A stretch of 64,000 nt of DNA from Treponemataceae bacterium (GTDB lineage: Bacteria; Spirochaetota; Spirochaetia; Treponematales; Rectinemataceae). The position numbers and the translations under genes were made by a program. The stretch is taken from contig CAXXHO010000005.1 of the NCBI GenBank assembly GCA_963667725.2, forward strand, positions 1,120,001 to 1,184,000. Direction: 5' to 3'. Shown here in pieces: positions 22,880 to 32,826 of this stretch (position 1 is its first letter; each line of letters begins with the position of its first letter). The notes below the pieces were generated by a model. That model ran no database searches. It saw only the letters and a list, made by a program, of their open reading frames with translations, and had not been told where the DNA came from.

Positions 22880-24060
22880 CGTTCGCCTTCTTTTTTCAGG
22901 CGAAGCGCGTCGAAGGTCGTGAAGGGGTAGGCGCTGGTTTCGTCGCTGTCCCCCTTGTCCGCGAAGATGAACATGACCTTGTCCCTGCGTGTCGCCGGAA
23001 GGGCGTAAAACTTTTTCATGCTTTCGCCCGGCTTGCGCGCGATCACGACAAAGCCGGCGCCCTGATGGCCTACGCCGCCGATGAGGGGGAGAATGGACTG
23101 GCCCCATTCGAACTCGCATCGCGCCAGAAGCTCGAGGACCATGCCCAGGTGCTCCGGCCCTCTACCCAGAGGGAGTACAGCAGGATAATCCTTGACAAGG
23201 CGATCGGTGGCCACGGTGAAAGAAGCGCCTGTTTCCGCGAAATGCGTCGCGAGCGAAGCGAGCATTTCCAGGGCCGATTCAAAACCGGCCTTGTCCTCGG
23301 CGCGACTGAAACCCTCTCCATTCATCAGGAAGAAAATCTTTTGATGCGTGGTGGGCTCGAAAATTTTCTCCTGGAGAATGTCGAGTCGGGCGCTCGCCTT
23401 CCAGTGAATGTTCCTGGCGGGTTTGTTGCCCGAGTATTCTCTCGTGCCCTCGTACCAAGCGGGATCCTCGATGATGCCCTTGGATGGGCGTATGCCGAAA
23501 TAATCCCTGAAGGGCAGCTCCAGATCGCGGAGGGGCAGGATGCGGGGATACACGACGATTTCCTGCCTGAAGGGAAGGATCTTTTCCTTTCTATAGAGAT
23601 CGAGGAGATCGCCGGCGCTGAGTGTGGCCGGGCCAAGGCGGTGAATGCCCCGGCTCTCGGCGCTGAAACTCCAGGAACCTGAGATTTTTTCGAAGGGCAG
23701 GAGGCCGCTTTCCCCTTCGACGCTTTCGGCGGCTAAGGACTTCAAGGCTTCGGGGCGGTTCAGCGTCAGGCGCATCCATACGGGGAGTATCTTGTTGTTG
23801 GAGATTTCGGCGCGAAGGGTGAAGCTGTCCCCGCAGAAGAAACGGTCGCCGTCGCATACAAGCGACACCTCGAGGCGGGCGAGACCGAGCCTTCCCCAAA
23901 GGCGTATGGCGACCATCAGGATGAAGGCAGTGGCCGCGAAGGTGGCCAGGGCGATGGAGGAGGCGGCCGCGGCGCCGAAGGCAATTACGCCCAGTGTCGC
24001 GACGGAAAGCGTTATGACGAAATAGCTGGAGACGCCGTAGGATGTCTTGTCGGTTTTCAC
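22876..24060 (-). CDS. DUF58 family protein
   Basis: SRGIHRLG, VVYPRI, GTREY..G..ARNIHWKASAR; GTG start inferred. Confidence 0.88.
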   Translation of the reverse strand: MKTDKTSYGVSSYFVITLSVATLGVIAFGAAAASSIALATFAATAFILMVAIRLWGRLGLARLEVSLVCDGDRFFCGDSFTLRAEISNNKILPVWMRLTLNRPEALKSLAAESVEGESGLLPFEKISGSWSFSAESRGIHRLGPATLSAGDLLDLYRKEKILPFRQEIVVYPRILPLRDLELPFRDYFGIRPSKGIIEDPAWYEGTREYSGNKPARNIHWKASARLDILQEKIFEPTTHQKIFFLMNGEGFSRAEDKAGFESALEMLASLATHFAETGASFTVATDRLVKDYPAVLPLGRGPEHLGMVLELLARCEFEWGQSILPLIGGVGHQGAGFVVIARKPGESMKKFYALPATRRDKVMFIFADKGDSDETSAYPFTTFDALRLKKEGER

Positions 24061-24073
24061 TGTCGTTTCTTTC

Positions 24074-25024
24074 TCAAACCGGCGAAGGGACGGGCACCTT
24101 CTCAAGTATTTCGGCCACGACGGCGCTCGCGGACATGCCTTTTGCCCTTTCTTCGTGGCGGAGGATTATCCTGTGCGTGAGGACTGGCCCCGCCAGTTCT
24201 TTCACGTCGTCGGGAATCACGTAGCCGCGCCCGCGTATCGCCGCGAGCGCCTGCGCCGCCTTTATGAGGCCGAGCGAGCCTCGCGGACTCGCGCCGTAGC
24301 GCACCTTGGGGTGGCTCCGCGTGGCGCCGACGAGGTCGGCGATGTATTCGCGCACCTGGGGGGCGACGAGGACATCGCTCCTGCGCTTCTGCAGCTCGAC
24401 GATGCGTTCGGGGCTGGAAACGGCTTCCAGGCCGACGAGAGGGTCGTTGCGCATGAAGCGGTCCAGGATGGTCAGTTCTTCGCTTCTGTCCGGATAGCCG
24501 ATGTCGATCTTCATGAGAAAGCGGTCGAGCTGGGCTTCAGGCAGGGGAAAGGTGCCGTCCATCTCGATGGGATTCTGCGTCGCGATGACGAAGAAGGGCT
24601 TGGGCAGATCCATGGTGACGCTGTCGACGGTGACCTGGAATTCGCCCATGCTTTCGAGAAGGCTGGCCTGCGTCCTCGGGATCGTCCGGTTTATCTCGTC
24701 CGCGAGAAGAATATTGGCCATGACGGGGCCCGGATGGAAGACGAACTCCCCGGATTTCTGGTTGTAGATCGAAAATCCGGTGACATCGGAAGGGAGGAGA
24801 TCGGGCGTGAACTGAATGCGCTTGAAGACGCCGCCGATGCTTCGCGCCAGCGCCTTGGCCATGACGGTTTTTCCGAGGCCGGGCACGTCCTCCAGGAGCA
24901 CATGCCCCTCGGCGAGTAGGGCGACGGTCATCAGCTCCAGGACTCGTTTTTTGCCCACGATGACGAGGGCCGAATTCTCGACGATAGCCGCGCTTTCATT
25001 CATGGTAGGCATTGCTTCACTCAC
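24074..25024 (-). CDS. MoxR-family AAA+ ATPase
   Basis: LLEDVPGLGKT, RIQFTPDLLPSD, ADEINR, ATQNP, LPEAQLDRF, SPRG. Confidence 0.95.
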   Translation of the reverse strand: MSEAMPTMNESAAIVENSALVIVGKKRVLELMTVALLAEGHVLLEDVPGLGKTVMAKALARSIGGVFKRIQFTPDLLPSDVTGFSIYNQKSGEFVFHPGPVMANILLADEINRTIPRTQASLLESMGEFQVTVDSVTMDLPKPFFVIATQNPIEMDGTFPLPEAQLDRFLMKIDIGYPDRSEELTILDRFMRNDPLVGLEAVSSPERIVELQKRRSDVLVAPQVREYIADLVGATRSHPKVRYGASPRGSLGLIKAAQALAAIRGRGYVIPDDVKELAGPVLTHRIILRHEERAKGMSASAVVAEILEKVPVPSPV

Positions 25025-26367
25025 TTTTTGGCCAGATGGGCCAGTTTTTCGTCCCTGATCCGGCGCGATTCGCTCATGACGCGCTCGATGTCGATGGTCG
25101 TGTATTCGCCGTTCCTGTACAGAACGCGGCCGTCGATCATCGTCATGACGATGTCGCCTGAGCCCGCGGCAAAGAGAATGTTGGAAAGAACGTCGTAGAC
25201 GGGCTGCAGATGGGGGGCGTCGAGGTCATAGACGACGATGTCGGCGCGATTGCCGACGGCGAGGGAACCGCAGTCGGTCCTGCCCTGGGAAAGGGCTCCG
25301 TTGCGGCAAGCCAGCTCCAGAAGCTGCCGCGGCCCGAGGATGAGAGGATCTCCCGTCGTGCCCTTCTGGAGCAGCGCGGCCAGATTCGCCTCCTCGAGCG
25401 CGTTCAGGTTGTTGTTGCTGGCCGCGCCGTCCGTGCCTATGCTCACGCGTATTCCCTTTTCGAGCATCTTCGCCACGGGCGCCACGCCAGAGCCGAGCTT
25501 CATGTTGCTGGAGGGGCAATGCGCCACGGTAACCCCCCGCTCGGCTAGAATAGCGAAGTCGCTTTCGTCGATCCAGACGCAGTGCGCCGCCGTCGTCGGC
25601 ACCCTGAAAAGGCCGCAGGAGTCGAAAAAGGCTGTCGGGGTCATTCCGCGCCTGGCCTTGGCCTGCTCGTGCTCGTCCTTCGTCTCCGAGAGGTGGATCT
25701 GCATGCGCAGGCCTTCCGCTTCGCAGAATTGGGCGATTTCGGAGCCGATGCGCGCGTCGCCGAAGGTATACTCGGCGTGCACGGAAGCGTCGGCGACGAG
25801 GCGGCCTTCGGGAATGCCCTTGGCCGCGCCGATGAGGAAGCGCGTGCCTTCGCAGGCGCTGGAGCCCGCGAAGCGCTCTTCGTTCCGTCGCGTCGAATAG
25901 CCGTGGGCGAGGTTCGCCTTCATGCCGCTTTCGGAAACCGCCCGGACGATGCCCGGTTCGTGCATGTACATGTCGGTGAAGGAGACGGTGCCGCTCGCGA
26001 GCATCTCGGCGATGCCGAGGAGGGAGCCCCAGTAGCAGTCCTCGTCCGTGAGGAGGGCTTCGAAGGGAAACATCCTGGTGAAGAGCCAGTCATGGAGCGA
26101 AAGTCCCTCGCCGTAGCCTCTGATGAGGGTCATGGGCACGTGGCTGTGGGTGTTGAAGAAGCCGGGCATGGCCACTTTCCCGCGGCCGTCGTAGATTTCG
26201 CCCTCGAAGGCGCGGCTGGAAGCCGAGCCGGAGCCCTGGCCGGAACCTTGCGGCTCCGCCGTGCCGATATAACTTATCCGCCCGTTTTCCACGGCGATAC
26301 TCATGCCCTCGCGAGCCTCGTAGCGCTCGTCGATCAGGGTTATGTTCTTGAAAAGAAACGCGCTCAT
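25021..26367 (-). CDS. Amidohydrolase, MtaD-like (methylthioadenosine/SAH/5'-deoxyadenosine deaminase family)
   Basis: PGFFNTHSH, HAEYT, HLSET, AAHCV, GTDGAASNN; start MSAFLF overlaps the PNP stop. Confidence 0.85.
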   Translation of the reverse strand: MSAFLFKNITLIDERYEAREGMSIAVENGRISYIGTAEPQGSGQGSGSASSRAFEGEIYDGRGKVAMPGFFNTHSHVPMTLIRGYGEGLSLHDWLFTRMFPFEALLTDEDCYWGSLLGIAEMLASGTVSFTDMYMHEPGIVRAVSESGMKANLAHGYSTRRNEERFAGSSACEGTRFLIGAAKGIPEGRLVADASVHAEYTFGDARIGSEIAQFCEAEGLRMQIHLSETKDEHEQAKARRGMTPTAFFDSCGLFRVPTTAAHCVWIDESDFAILAERGVTVAHCPSSNMKLGSGVAPVAKMLEKGIRVSIGTDGAASNNNLNALEEANLAALLQKGTTGDPLILGPRQLLELACRNGALSQGRTDCGSLAVGNRADIVVYDLDAPHLQPVYDVLSNILFAAGSGDIVMTMIDGRVLYRNGEYTTIDIERVMSESRRIRDEKLAHLAKK

Positions 26368-27197
26368 CGCATTGCCCCCACGATTTCCCTGACCAGAGCC
26401 CTGAAGCGTCCGCCCGCTTCCTCGGCCGACGCGTTGACTTCCTCCGCGGAGAGGCGCTGCGGCAGGACGCCCGCCGCCATGTTCGTCATGAGGGAGAGCG
26501 CCAGTATGTCCAGACCGCAGTGCGCGGCCGTGAGGGCCTCGGTGACCGTGGACATGCCCACCGCGTCGCCGCCCAGTATCCGCGCCGCCCTGATTTCCGC
26601 CGGCGTCTCGAACTGGGGGCCGCTGAAATAGAAGTAGACGCCTTCGTGCGTCCTGTATTTCTGGCCGATTCTTTCGGCGCATCCGAGGGCGAGGGCACGT
26701 AGCGACGGAGTGTACATTTCGCTCGTGTCGAAGAAACGCGGGCCCAGTTCGGGAATGTTCGGGCCGCGCATCGGGCTGGCGCCTATGAGCTTGATGTGAT
26801 CCTTCACCACCATGATGTCGCCCACGTTGTAGGCCGTGTTCACCGATCCCGCCGCGTTGGTGAGGATGGCGGCGCGGGCCCCCAGGAGCTTGAAGACCCT
26901 GATCGGGGCGGCCAGCTGCTCGAAGTCGTATCCTTCATAATAATGGAAGCGTCCCGACATGCAGGCTACGTATTTGCCGGCCAGCGTACCGAAAATCATC
27001 TTTCCGGCGTGCGACTCGACGGTTGAAAGGAGAAAGTTGGGAATATCCGCGTAATCGATGGCGATCGGATCGACGATCTCGTCGGCGAGCGGCCCCAGCG
27101 ATGAACCGAGGATCAGCGCGATCTCGGGCTTCCGGGGAAGGCGGGCCAGCAGGTAATCGACGCTCGCCTTATAGTATTCCAGGGTATATCCGCGCAT
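26364..27197 (-). CDS. punA: Purine nucleoside phosphorylase (trimeric PunA type)
   Basis: ILGSSLG, STVESHAG, GRFHYYEG, TNAAG, GPQFETPAE, VGMSTV; GGAGG RBS before ATG 27197. Confidence 0.92.
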   Translation of the reverse strand: MRGYTLEYYKASVDYLLARLPRKPEIALILGSSLGPLADEIVDPIAIDYADIPNFLLSTVESHAGKMIFGTLAGKYVACMSGRFHYYEGYDFEQLAAPIRVFKLLGARAAILTNAAGSVNTAYNVGDIMVVKDHIKLIGASPMRGPNIPELGPRFFDTSEMYTPSLRALALGCAERIGQKYRTHEGVYFYFSGPQFETPAEIRAARILGGDAVGMSTVTEALTAAHCGLDILALSLMTNMAAGVLPQRLSAEEVNASAEEAGGRFRALVREIVGAMR

Positions 27198-27271
27198 TCT
27201 TTCCTCCAGGTTCTTGTCCATTCTACATCGCGACGGATGGATCGTACCAGCGTCGGGTGAATATTTCTCTG

Positions 27272-27310
27272 TTGCGGGACGGGCGCGCCGCGCCTATACT
27301 TGCCCGCATG
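27272..27310 (+). promoter_or_regulatory. Putative leaderless promoter of the YesM-like kinase gene
   Basis: TTGCGG-N17-TATACT, then 7 nt to ATG 27308; no Shine-Dalgarno sequence. Confidence 0.55.
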
Positions 27311-29206
27311 GACCGCAGCGAAGGGCCGCGCTCGGCGCGCTATCGGAGGAGACTCTATCGGGGCTATCTGTGGATCGCCCTGGTCCCCTTCAGTTTCTTC
27401 GTCGTATTGGGCGCCGCCGCCATTTTTCTCACCCAGAGCATCGTGATCAAGGAACTTTCCTCTCTCAAGGAAAGAAATCTTCGCCAGGTGGCCGAAAATA
27501 TCGAACTGTGGTTCGGCGAGGCCGATTCCATAGCGCTGGGGCTCTCCACCGATCCGGAGTTCTCTCGCGGCGCCGAATACCTTCTCAAGACGGGCATCCC
27601 TTCCCATACCGATCTCAAGCTCTCGAAAAGCCTGCAGAGCGTTCTCGCCTCGGCGGTGAACAGCAGGCTCTACCTGCACTCCATCACGGTGATCACCGAT
27701 TCGTCGTCCGGCTTGATCATCACGTCGATGGAAGGTCTCGCCCACCTCGCGGACTACCCCGACGCCGCGTGGCTCGACGGCACCAAGGACCACATGGGGG
27801 AGATAACGCCCTGGACCCAGGTGCGCGACTTTCATCCGCTTCCCAATTTCCCATTGAGCATACCAATCCTTTCCTTCTATAGAAACATGCTGGGTACCGG
27901 AAGTCTCGAGCGCAAGGGCGTGCTCGCCGTCAACGTCGATCTCAGGAAGCTGGACGCCCTCCTGGAAAAATCGGCGGAAGCGGCGGGCGGCCGTTTCATG
28001 CTCGTCGACAAGGCTAGCGGAAAAATTGTCGCGGGCTTGCGGCCTGGCGAGGACGAGGCCTCCATGGCCGCCTTCCTTCCGCCCTCCGAGGCCGCGGTTC
28101 CCGCGACCGAGAACGCTTCGACTCCGGCGCCCGCTTCCGCCGCGGCGGCCTTCACGCCGCTCACGCTGGTCGGCGGCCGGTACTTCGCGACATCGCGGCA
28201 ATCGGAGCGCTTCCCCTTCGCGTACTATCTTCTCAGCCCGGCCGAGGAGTTCAGGCGCATCCCGAGACGGGTCATGCTCATCGGAGGCGCGCTGGCCTCC
28301 CTTGCCCTGGCGGTGGGAATCGCCCTGGCCTTGGCCCTGGCGCGCCGAAACTTCAGGCTGCTGGACGGCATCCTCGATATCGTCGAGGCGGCGGGGCAGG
28401 GCAAGCCGCTGCCGCCCTTCCGCGAATCGCGCAACGAAGCCCTCGATTACGTGAGCCTGGCCGTGCTCAAGACCTTCGTCGAGCACGACTATTACAAGAT
28501 CCGCCTCTCGGAGCGCGAGCTTCGCCAGCGCACCTTGGAGCTCACCGCCCTCCAGGCGCAGATGAACCCGCACTTTCTCTTCAACACGCTCACGACCATT
28601 GCCTTCAAGGCCATGCAGCTGACGGGCGGGAAAAACGACCTGTCGGATATGGTGAAGCAGCTCTCCGACATGCTGGCCTACAGCCTGGCCGACGCGAAGG
28701 TACCCGCCACGCTCGGCGCGGAATTCGCCCATGCCAGACGCTATGCCGAACTCCAGAGGCGGCGCTTCGGCGATCGCTTCAGCTGCAGATGCGCCGAGGA
28801 TCCTGAACTTTCGGCCATACCCTGTATAAAACTGATTCTCCAGCCCCTCGTCGAAAACGCCTTCGAGCACGGATTCTCCGACAAGGAACGAGGCGGCGCG
28901 ATAACGGTAAGCGCTTCGCGCGACCAAGACTCGGGCAGAGTGCGGATTGTGGTGGAGGACGATGGCGTAGGCATGACCGAAGAACGCCTTGAAGAGCTCC
29001 TGGCTCTCATAGCCGCCGGAGCCGAGAGCGCCGAACATGTCGGACTCGTGAACACGGCGCGGAGGCTCTCGCTCGCCTACGGCGCGAAGGCTAGCTGCGC
29101 GGTGGAAAGCTGGCCGGGGCGCGGCACGAAAATTACCCTGCTCTTTCCCGACGCAATTCCCGCGGCCGTTTGCCCGTGCAGTCCCGAGGCAGGTTCTTTT
29201 GACTGA
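27308..29206 (+). CDS. YesM/LytS-family sensor histidine kinase
   Basis: Two transmembrane helices around an extracytoplasmic domain; ALQAQMNPHFLFNTL, LQPLVENA, DDGVG, GLVN, GTKITL. Confidence 0.92.
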   Translation: MDRSEGPRSARYRRRLYRGYLWIALVPFSFFVVLGAAAIFLTQSIVIKELSSLKERNLRQVAENIELWFGEADSIALGLSTDPEFSRGAEYLLKTGIPSHTDLKLSKSLQSVLASAVNSRLYLHSITVITDSSSGLIITSMEGLAHLADYPDAAWLDGTKDHMGEITPWTQVRDFHPLPNFPLSIPILSFYRNMLGTGSLERKGVLAVNVDLRKLDALLEKSAEAAGGRFMLVDKASGKIVAGLRPGEDEASMAAFLPPSEAAVPATENASTPAPASAAAAFTPLTLVGGRYFATSRQSERFPFAYYLLSPAEEFRRIPRRVMLIGGALASLALAVGIALALALARRNFRLLDGILDIVEAAGQGKPLPPFRESRNEALDYVSLAVLKTFVEHDYYKIRLSERELRQRTLELTALQAQMNPHFLFNTLTTIAFKAMQLTGGKNDLSDMVKQLSDMLAYSLADAKVPATLGAEFAHARRYAELQRRRFGDRFSCRCAEDPELSAIPCIKLILQPLVENAFEHGFSDKERGGAITVSASRDQDSGRVRIVVEDDGVGMTEERLEELLALIAAGAESAEHVGLVNTARRLSLAYGAKASCAVESWPGRGTKITLLFPDAIPAAVCPCSPEAGSFD

Positions 29207-29265
29207 TAAAATAGAAAAGCATATATTAGCTTTCATGAATATCTAAAAGTAAAAGGAGTGCACCA

Positions 29266-30114
29266 ATGATGAATGAATTCCAAAAACGCGGCACCGCGAC
29301 CATTCTCGCTATCTTTTCGGCGCTCGCCTTCGTCGGCGTCCTTGTCACGAATGGTCTCGCGAACGCCCTGCCCTTGAATGGGGCGAACACCGGCGTCCTG
29401 TCCGACGAAATTCCCAATCTTTTCGTCCCCGCCGGCCTCACGTTTTCGATATGGGGCCTCATCTACCTTCTTCTCGCGGGATACATCGTCGCCGTTTTGG
29501 CTGAGGCCGGAAGAACCGCGAGGGAGGGGCATTCGGATGATGGCTCCGCCTGGGGGCCGGCCGACGCAACGCTTTTCCTTCTCAACGCGGCGGCGAATAT
29601 AGGCTGGATTTTCGCCTGGCACTGGAGAAAGGTGGGTCTGGCCATGTTTCTCATGCTGGTGATTTTGGGAACCCTGATCGCCCTCGAGGCGGGGAATCAG
29701 TCGAAACTTTCCAGGGGCGGCGCCCTCGATAAAGATCGCGTCAGAGGCTGGGCTAGACGTTTCTTCCTGACCGTCCCCTTACGCGTCTATCTCGGCTGGA
29801 TATCGGTAGCCACGATCGCGAACGCCACTGCCGTCCTCGTCAAGGCGGGCTGGTCCGGATTCGGTTTGGATCCGCGGTTCTGGACGGTCTTCGTGATCGT
29901 AGCCGGCCTCGCCGTGGCTCTCGGCTTTTCCCTGCTCAAACGACAGATCGCCGCTCCTCTCGTCATCGTGTGGGCTTACGCCGGCATCGTGCTAAAAAGG
30001 CTGGAAACGGATGCTTCCTACTCGTCGCCGGTCTGGATCGCCGCCGCCGTCGCCGCCTTCATCATCCTGGCGTCTTTTGTTCCCGGACTGCTGCGGCGAA
30101 GGGTAACGCGCTGA
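29266..30114 (+). CDS. TspO-like tryptophan-rich membrane protein
   Basis: PAGLTFSIWGLIY, NIGWIFAWH, YLGWISVATIAN; AAGGAG RBS. Confidence 0.75.
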   Translation: MMNEFQKRGTATILAIFSALAFVGVLVTNGLANALPLNGANTGVLSDEIPNLFVPAGLTFSIWGLIYLLLAGYIVAVLAEAGRTAREGHSDDGSAWGPADATLFLLNAAANIGWIFAWHWRKVGLAMFLMLVILGTLIALEAGNQSKLSRGGALDKDRVRGWARRFFLTVPLRVYLGWISVATIANATAVLVKAGWSGFGLDPRFWTVFVIVAGLAVALGFSLLKRQIAAPLVIVWAYAGIVLKRLETDASYSSPVWIAAAVAAFIILASFVPGLLRRRVTR

Positions 30115-30124
30115 ATAAGCGCGC

Positions 30125-30158
30125 CGGGCGGCCTGCCGCTTGCGCGGCAGGCCGCCCG
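30125..30158 (+). terminator. Perfect 15-bp stem-loop
   Basis: CGGGCGGCCTGCCGC-TTGC-GCGGCAGGCCGCCCG just after the stop at 30114. Confidence 0.65.
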
Positions 30159-30204
30159 AATCCAGAAAATCATCATGAACAGCGGATGTTGAATAAATAT
30201 TCGC

Positions 30205-30233
30205 TTGACTTGCAAAAATATCTGCAATAAGGT
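30205..30233 (+). promoter_or_regulatory. Putative promoter with a palindromic operator in the spacer
   Basis: TTGACT-N17-TAAGGT; TTGCA-N8-TGCAA at 30210-30227. Confidence 0.55.
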
Positions 30234-30277
30234 TCTCGACTAAGTTCTGGAGATTATTACCAGATAAGGAGGATCTT

Positions 30278-31807
30278 GTGGCATCGAAAAAGAAATGGTT
30301 GCTGTCTATTCTGTCGATCGCTGTGGTTCTTGGGGTTCTCGTCGCGCCTTTAGGGGCGACGGGGACGCTTACGGCAGTGTCCACCCAGGATCCTGGCAGC
30401 TGGGATCCTGTCGACACCTACCTTGTAGCCTGGGCGGCGGTTTCCACCAATATCTACGACGGACTCACCTATCGAGGTCCGGACGCGAAGCTGGTTCCCG
30501 GACTCGCCGAAAAGTGGGAAACCCTGGACGGCGGGAAACGTATCCGGTTCTCCCTGCGCAAAAACGTGCTCTTCCACAACGGCGAGCCGTTCAACGCGGA
30601 AGCGGTAAAGTTCACGTTCGACCGACTGCTCGAGGGCGATGGCAAGAAAGGACCTCAGCGTTCCAATTACGCCATCATCGATAAAGTCGTCGTCGTGGAT
30701 ACCTACTCCGTCGACATGTACCTCTCAAACGTGGATCCCGTGCTCCTCGTTAAACTAGCCGGATATGGCGCCATGATCGTGCCGCCCAAGTATATCCAGG
30801 AAAAGGGCGAGGAATATTTCAACACGCACCCGGTCGGGACCGGACCCTTCAAGTTCGTATCCTATGAGCCGAAGGTGAACATCAAACTGGAAGCTTTCGA
30901 CAAGCATTGGGGCGGCGCGCCCAAGCTGTCCAAGCTCGAGTACCGCTTTATAAACGAGCCGGCTACCGCGATCGCGGAACTTCAGGCCGGACGTGTCGAT
31001 CTGCTCTTCGGCGCGAACATCCCCATCGGCATGATCCCTACCATTAAAGCCAATCCGAAGCTCGACGTCGTGAGCGTTCCCGGCCCGACCGTCTATTCGC
31101 TCCGCTTCAACACCAAAACTGGCATCACGAAGGACGTGAATGTCCGCAAGGCGCTGATCATGGCGGTGGACAGAGACGCCATCATAAAATCGATTCTCGG
31201 CGGACAGGCCACGGCGATCTCGAGCTTCCAAGGCCCACTGTCGTTCGGCTTCGATCCTTCCATGAAAGTGGTGCCCTACGATCCGAAGCAGGCCATGGCG
31301 CTGCTCAAGGAAGCGAAGATTCCTTCGGGCGCTCCCGTTCAGATCGATATCAGGGCAGGAAACGCCACTTTCCTTGAAGTCAGCCAGGCCGTGGCCAGCT
31401 ATCTGAAGATGGCGGGCATCAACGCTACGATAAAGCCCTATGAGAGCAACTACTTCCTGAACGACATCGTGCCTCCCGGCAAGACCGGCGAGATGTTCCA
31501 GCAGGCATGGGGCGGCTGGACGCTGGACTTCGACAACACCGCGTATCTGATGTACCACACCGGAGAGAAGTGGAATCCCTACGACAGCGATCCGAAACTC
31601 GACGCCTTGCTGGAATCCCAGCGGTCCATCTCGGACAGGGCGAAGCGTGAGGACATCCTGCAGTCGATCGCCCAGTATACGGCGAACAACGCTCTGGAAA
31701 TGGAGCTTTACAATTTGAACGAAATGTATGCCATCAATACGCGCGTCAAGAATTTCGTCGCGCCTCCCGACACGCGTCTCAGGCTCTCCAATGTTACCGT
31801 TGAATGA
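30278..31807 (+). CDS. Peptide ABC transporter substrate-binding protein (family 5, DppA/GsiB-like)
   Basis: PGLAEKW, FHNGEPF, PVGTGPF, VRKALIMAVDR; signal peptide; AAGGAGG RBS. Confidence 0.93.
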   Translation: MASKKKWLLSILSIAVVLGVLVAPLGATGTLTAVSTQDPGSWDPVDTYLVAWAAVSTNIYDGLTYRGPDAKLVPGLAEKWETLDGGKRIRFSLRKNVLFHNGEPFNAEAVKFTFDRLLEGDGKKGPQRSNYAIIDKVVVVDTYSVDMYLSNVDPVLLVKLAGYGAMIVPPKYIQEKGEEYFNTHPVGTGPFKFVSYEPKVNIKLEAFDKHWGGAPKLSKLEYRFINEPATAIAELQAGRVDLLFGANIPIGMIPTIKANPKLDVVSVPGPTVYSLRFNTKTGITKDVNVRKALIMAVDRDAIIKSILGGQATAISSFQGPLSFGFDPSMKVVPYDPKQAMALLKEAKIPSGAPVQIDIRAGNATFLEVSQAVASYLKMAGINATIKPYESNYFLNDIVPPGKTGEMFQQAWGGWTLDFDNTAYLMYHTGEKWNPYDSDPKLDALLESQRSISDRAKREDILQSIAQYTANNALEMELYNLNEMYAINTRVKNFVAPPDTRLRLSNVTVE

Positions 31808-31853
31808 AAAGCGACTTTTAGGAAGTTGCGTGGCTTCTGACTGAAGTACCATC

Positions 31854-31883
31854 AGGGCCGTTCCCGCAAAGAGCGGCCCTTTT
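31854..31883 (+). terminator. Stem-loop plus U-tract between the binding-protein and permease genes
   Basis: AGGGCCGTTC...GAGCGGCCCT-TTT. Confidence 0.6.
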
Positions 31884-31899
31884 GCTTGAGGGTGGGCGA

Positions 31900-32823
31900 G
31901 TGGCAAAGTTTTTAATCAGGCGATTGTTTCTGGCTGTTTTCGTGGTCCTCACGGTCACGTTGATCGTATCGTACGCCATCAGGCTGACAGGCGATCCGGC
32001 GTTGATGCTCGTCCAGGGCGCCGGCAGCGTGACAGAGGACGATCTCGTACGCATCAGGGAGTCCCTCGGCCTCAACGTCCCATTCCTTGAACAGTATGTG
32101 AATTTTCTCAAGGGTTTCGTGACCTTGGATTTCGGGAAGAGCTTCATGGGCGGAACTTCGGTGTCGCTGCTCATCTCGAAAGCCCTGCCGGCCACCCTTC
32201 TGCTCGCCCTGGCGTCCATGGCCATATCCATCCTGATATCCATTCCCCTGGGAATCGCCGCGGCCGTCTCCAAGGGCAAATGGCAGGATCAGCTCATACG
32301 GATACTCTCGCTCGTGGGCATATCTTTTCCTAATTTCTGGCTGGGCATCATGTTCGTGCTCTTCTTCTCCATAACCCTGAAATGGCTGCCGCCCAGCGGC
32401 ATGGAAGGGCCGTTGAGTTTCATCATGCCCGCCATGACGATGGGCATCATCATGACGGCGACGAACGTGCGTCTCGTGCGCACGACGATGCTGGAAACGC
32501 TTCAGTCGCAATATATCATGGTGACCCGCGCGAAAGGTTTGAGCGAAAAAGTAGTGCTTTACAAACATGCCCTCCGCAATTGCGGCATACCTCTCATCAC
32601 TTATTTTGGATTGCAGTTCGGCGGTCTTTTGGGCGGCGTCGTCGTGGTGGAAAGGGTCTTCAACTGGCCGGGCATGGGCACGTTGGCTTTCGACGCGGTG
32701 GCGTCCAGGGATTACCCCGTTCTGCAGGCAGTCGTCTGCATCCTGGCTCTGCTAATCGTCTCGGTGAATCTCATCGTCGATATAGCCTATGGGTATGTCG
32801 ATCCTCGCGTGCGGAAAGAGTAA
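31900..32823 (+). CDS. Peptide ABC permease (DppB-like)
   Basis: DFGKSF, PNFWLG, TRAKGL..HALRN, VERVFNWPGMG, RDYP, DPR. Confidence 0.93.
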   Translation: MAKFLIRRLFLAVFVVLTVTLIVSYAIRLTGDPALMLVQGAGSVTEDDLVRIRESLGLNVPFLEQYVNFLKGFVTLDFGKSFMGGTSVSLLISKALPATLLLALASMAISILISIPLGIAAAVSKGKWQDQLIRILSLVGISFPNFWLGIMFVLFFSITLKWLPPSGMEGPLSFIMPAMTMGIIMTATNVRLVRTTMLETLQSQYIMVTRAKGLSEKVVLYKHALRNCGIPLITYFGLQFGGLLGGVVVVERVFNWPGMGTLAFDAVASRDYPVLQAVVCILALLIVSVNLIVDIAYGYVDPRVRKE

Positions 32824-32826
32824 CTC

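Noticed and set aside
26368..26682. N-terminal extension of the amidohydrolase ORF, and similar extensions at 22880-23119, 27023-27307, 33378-33671, 43413-43541 and 48976-49311
   Set aside because: They overlap neighbouring genes or promoters; downstream starts with an RBS, ATGA coupling or leaderless geometry fit better
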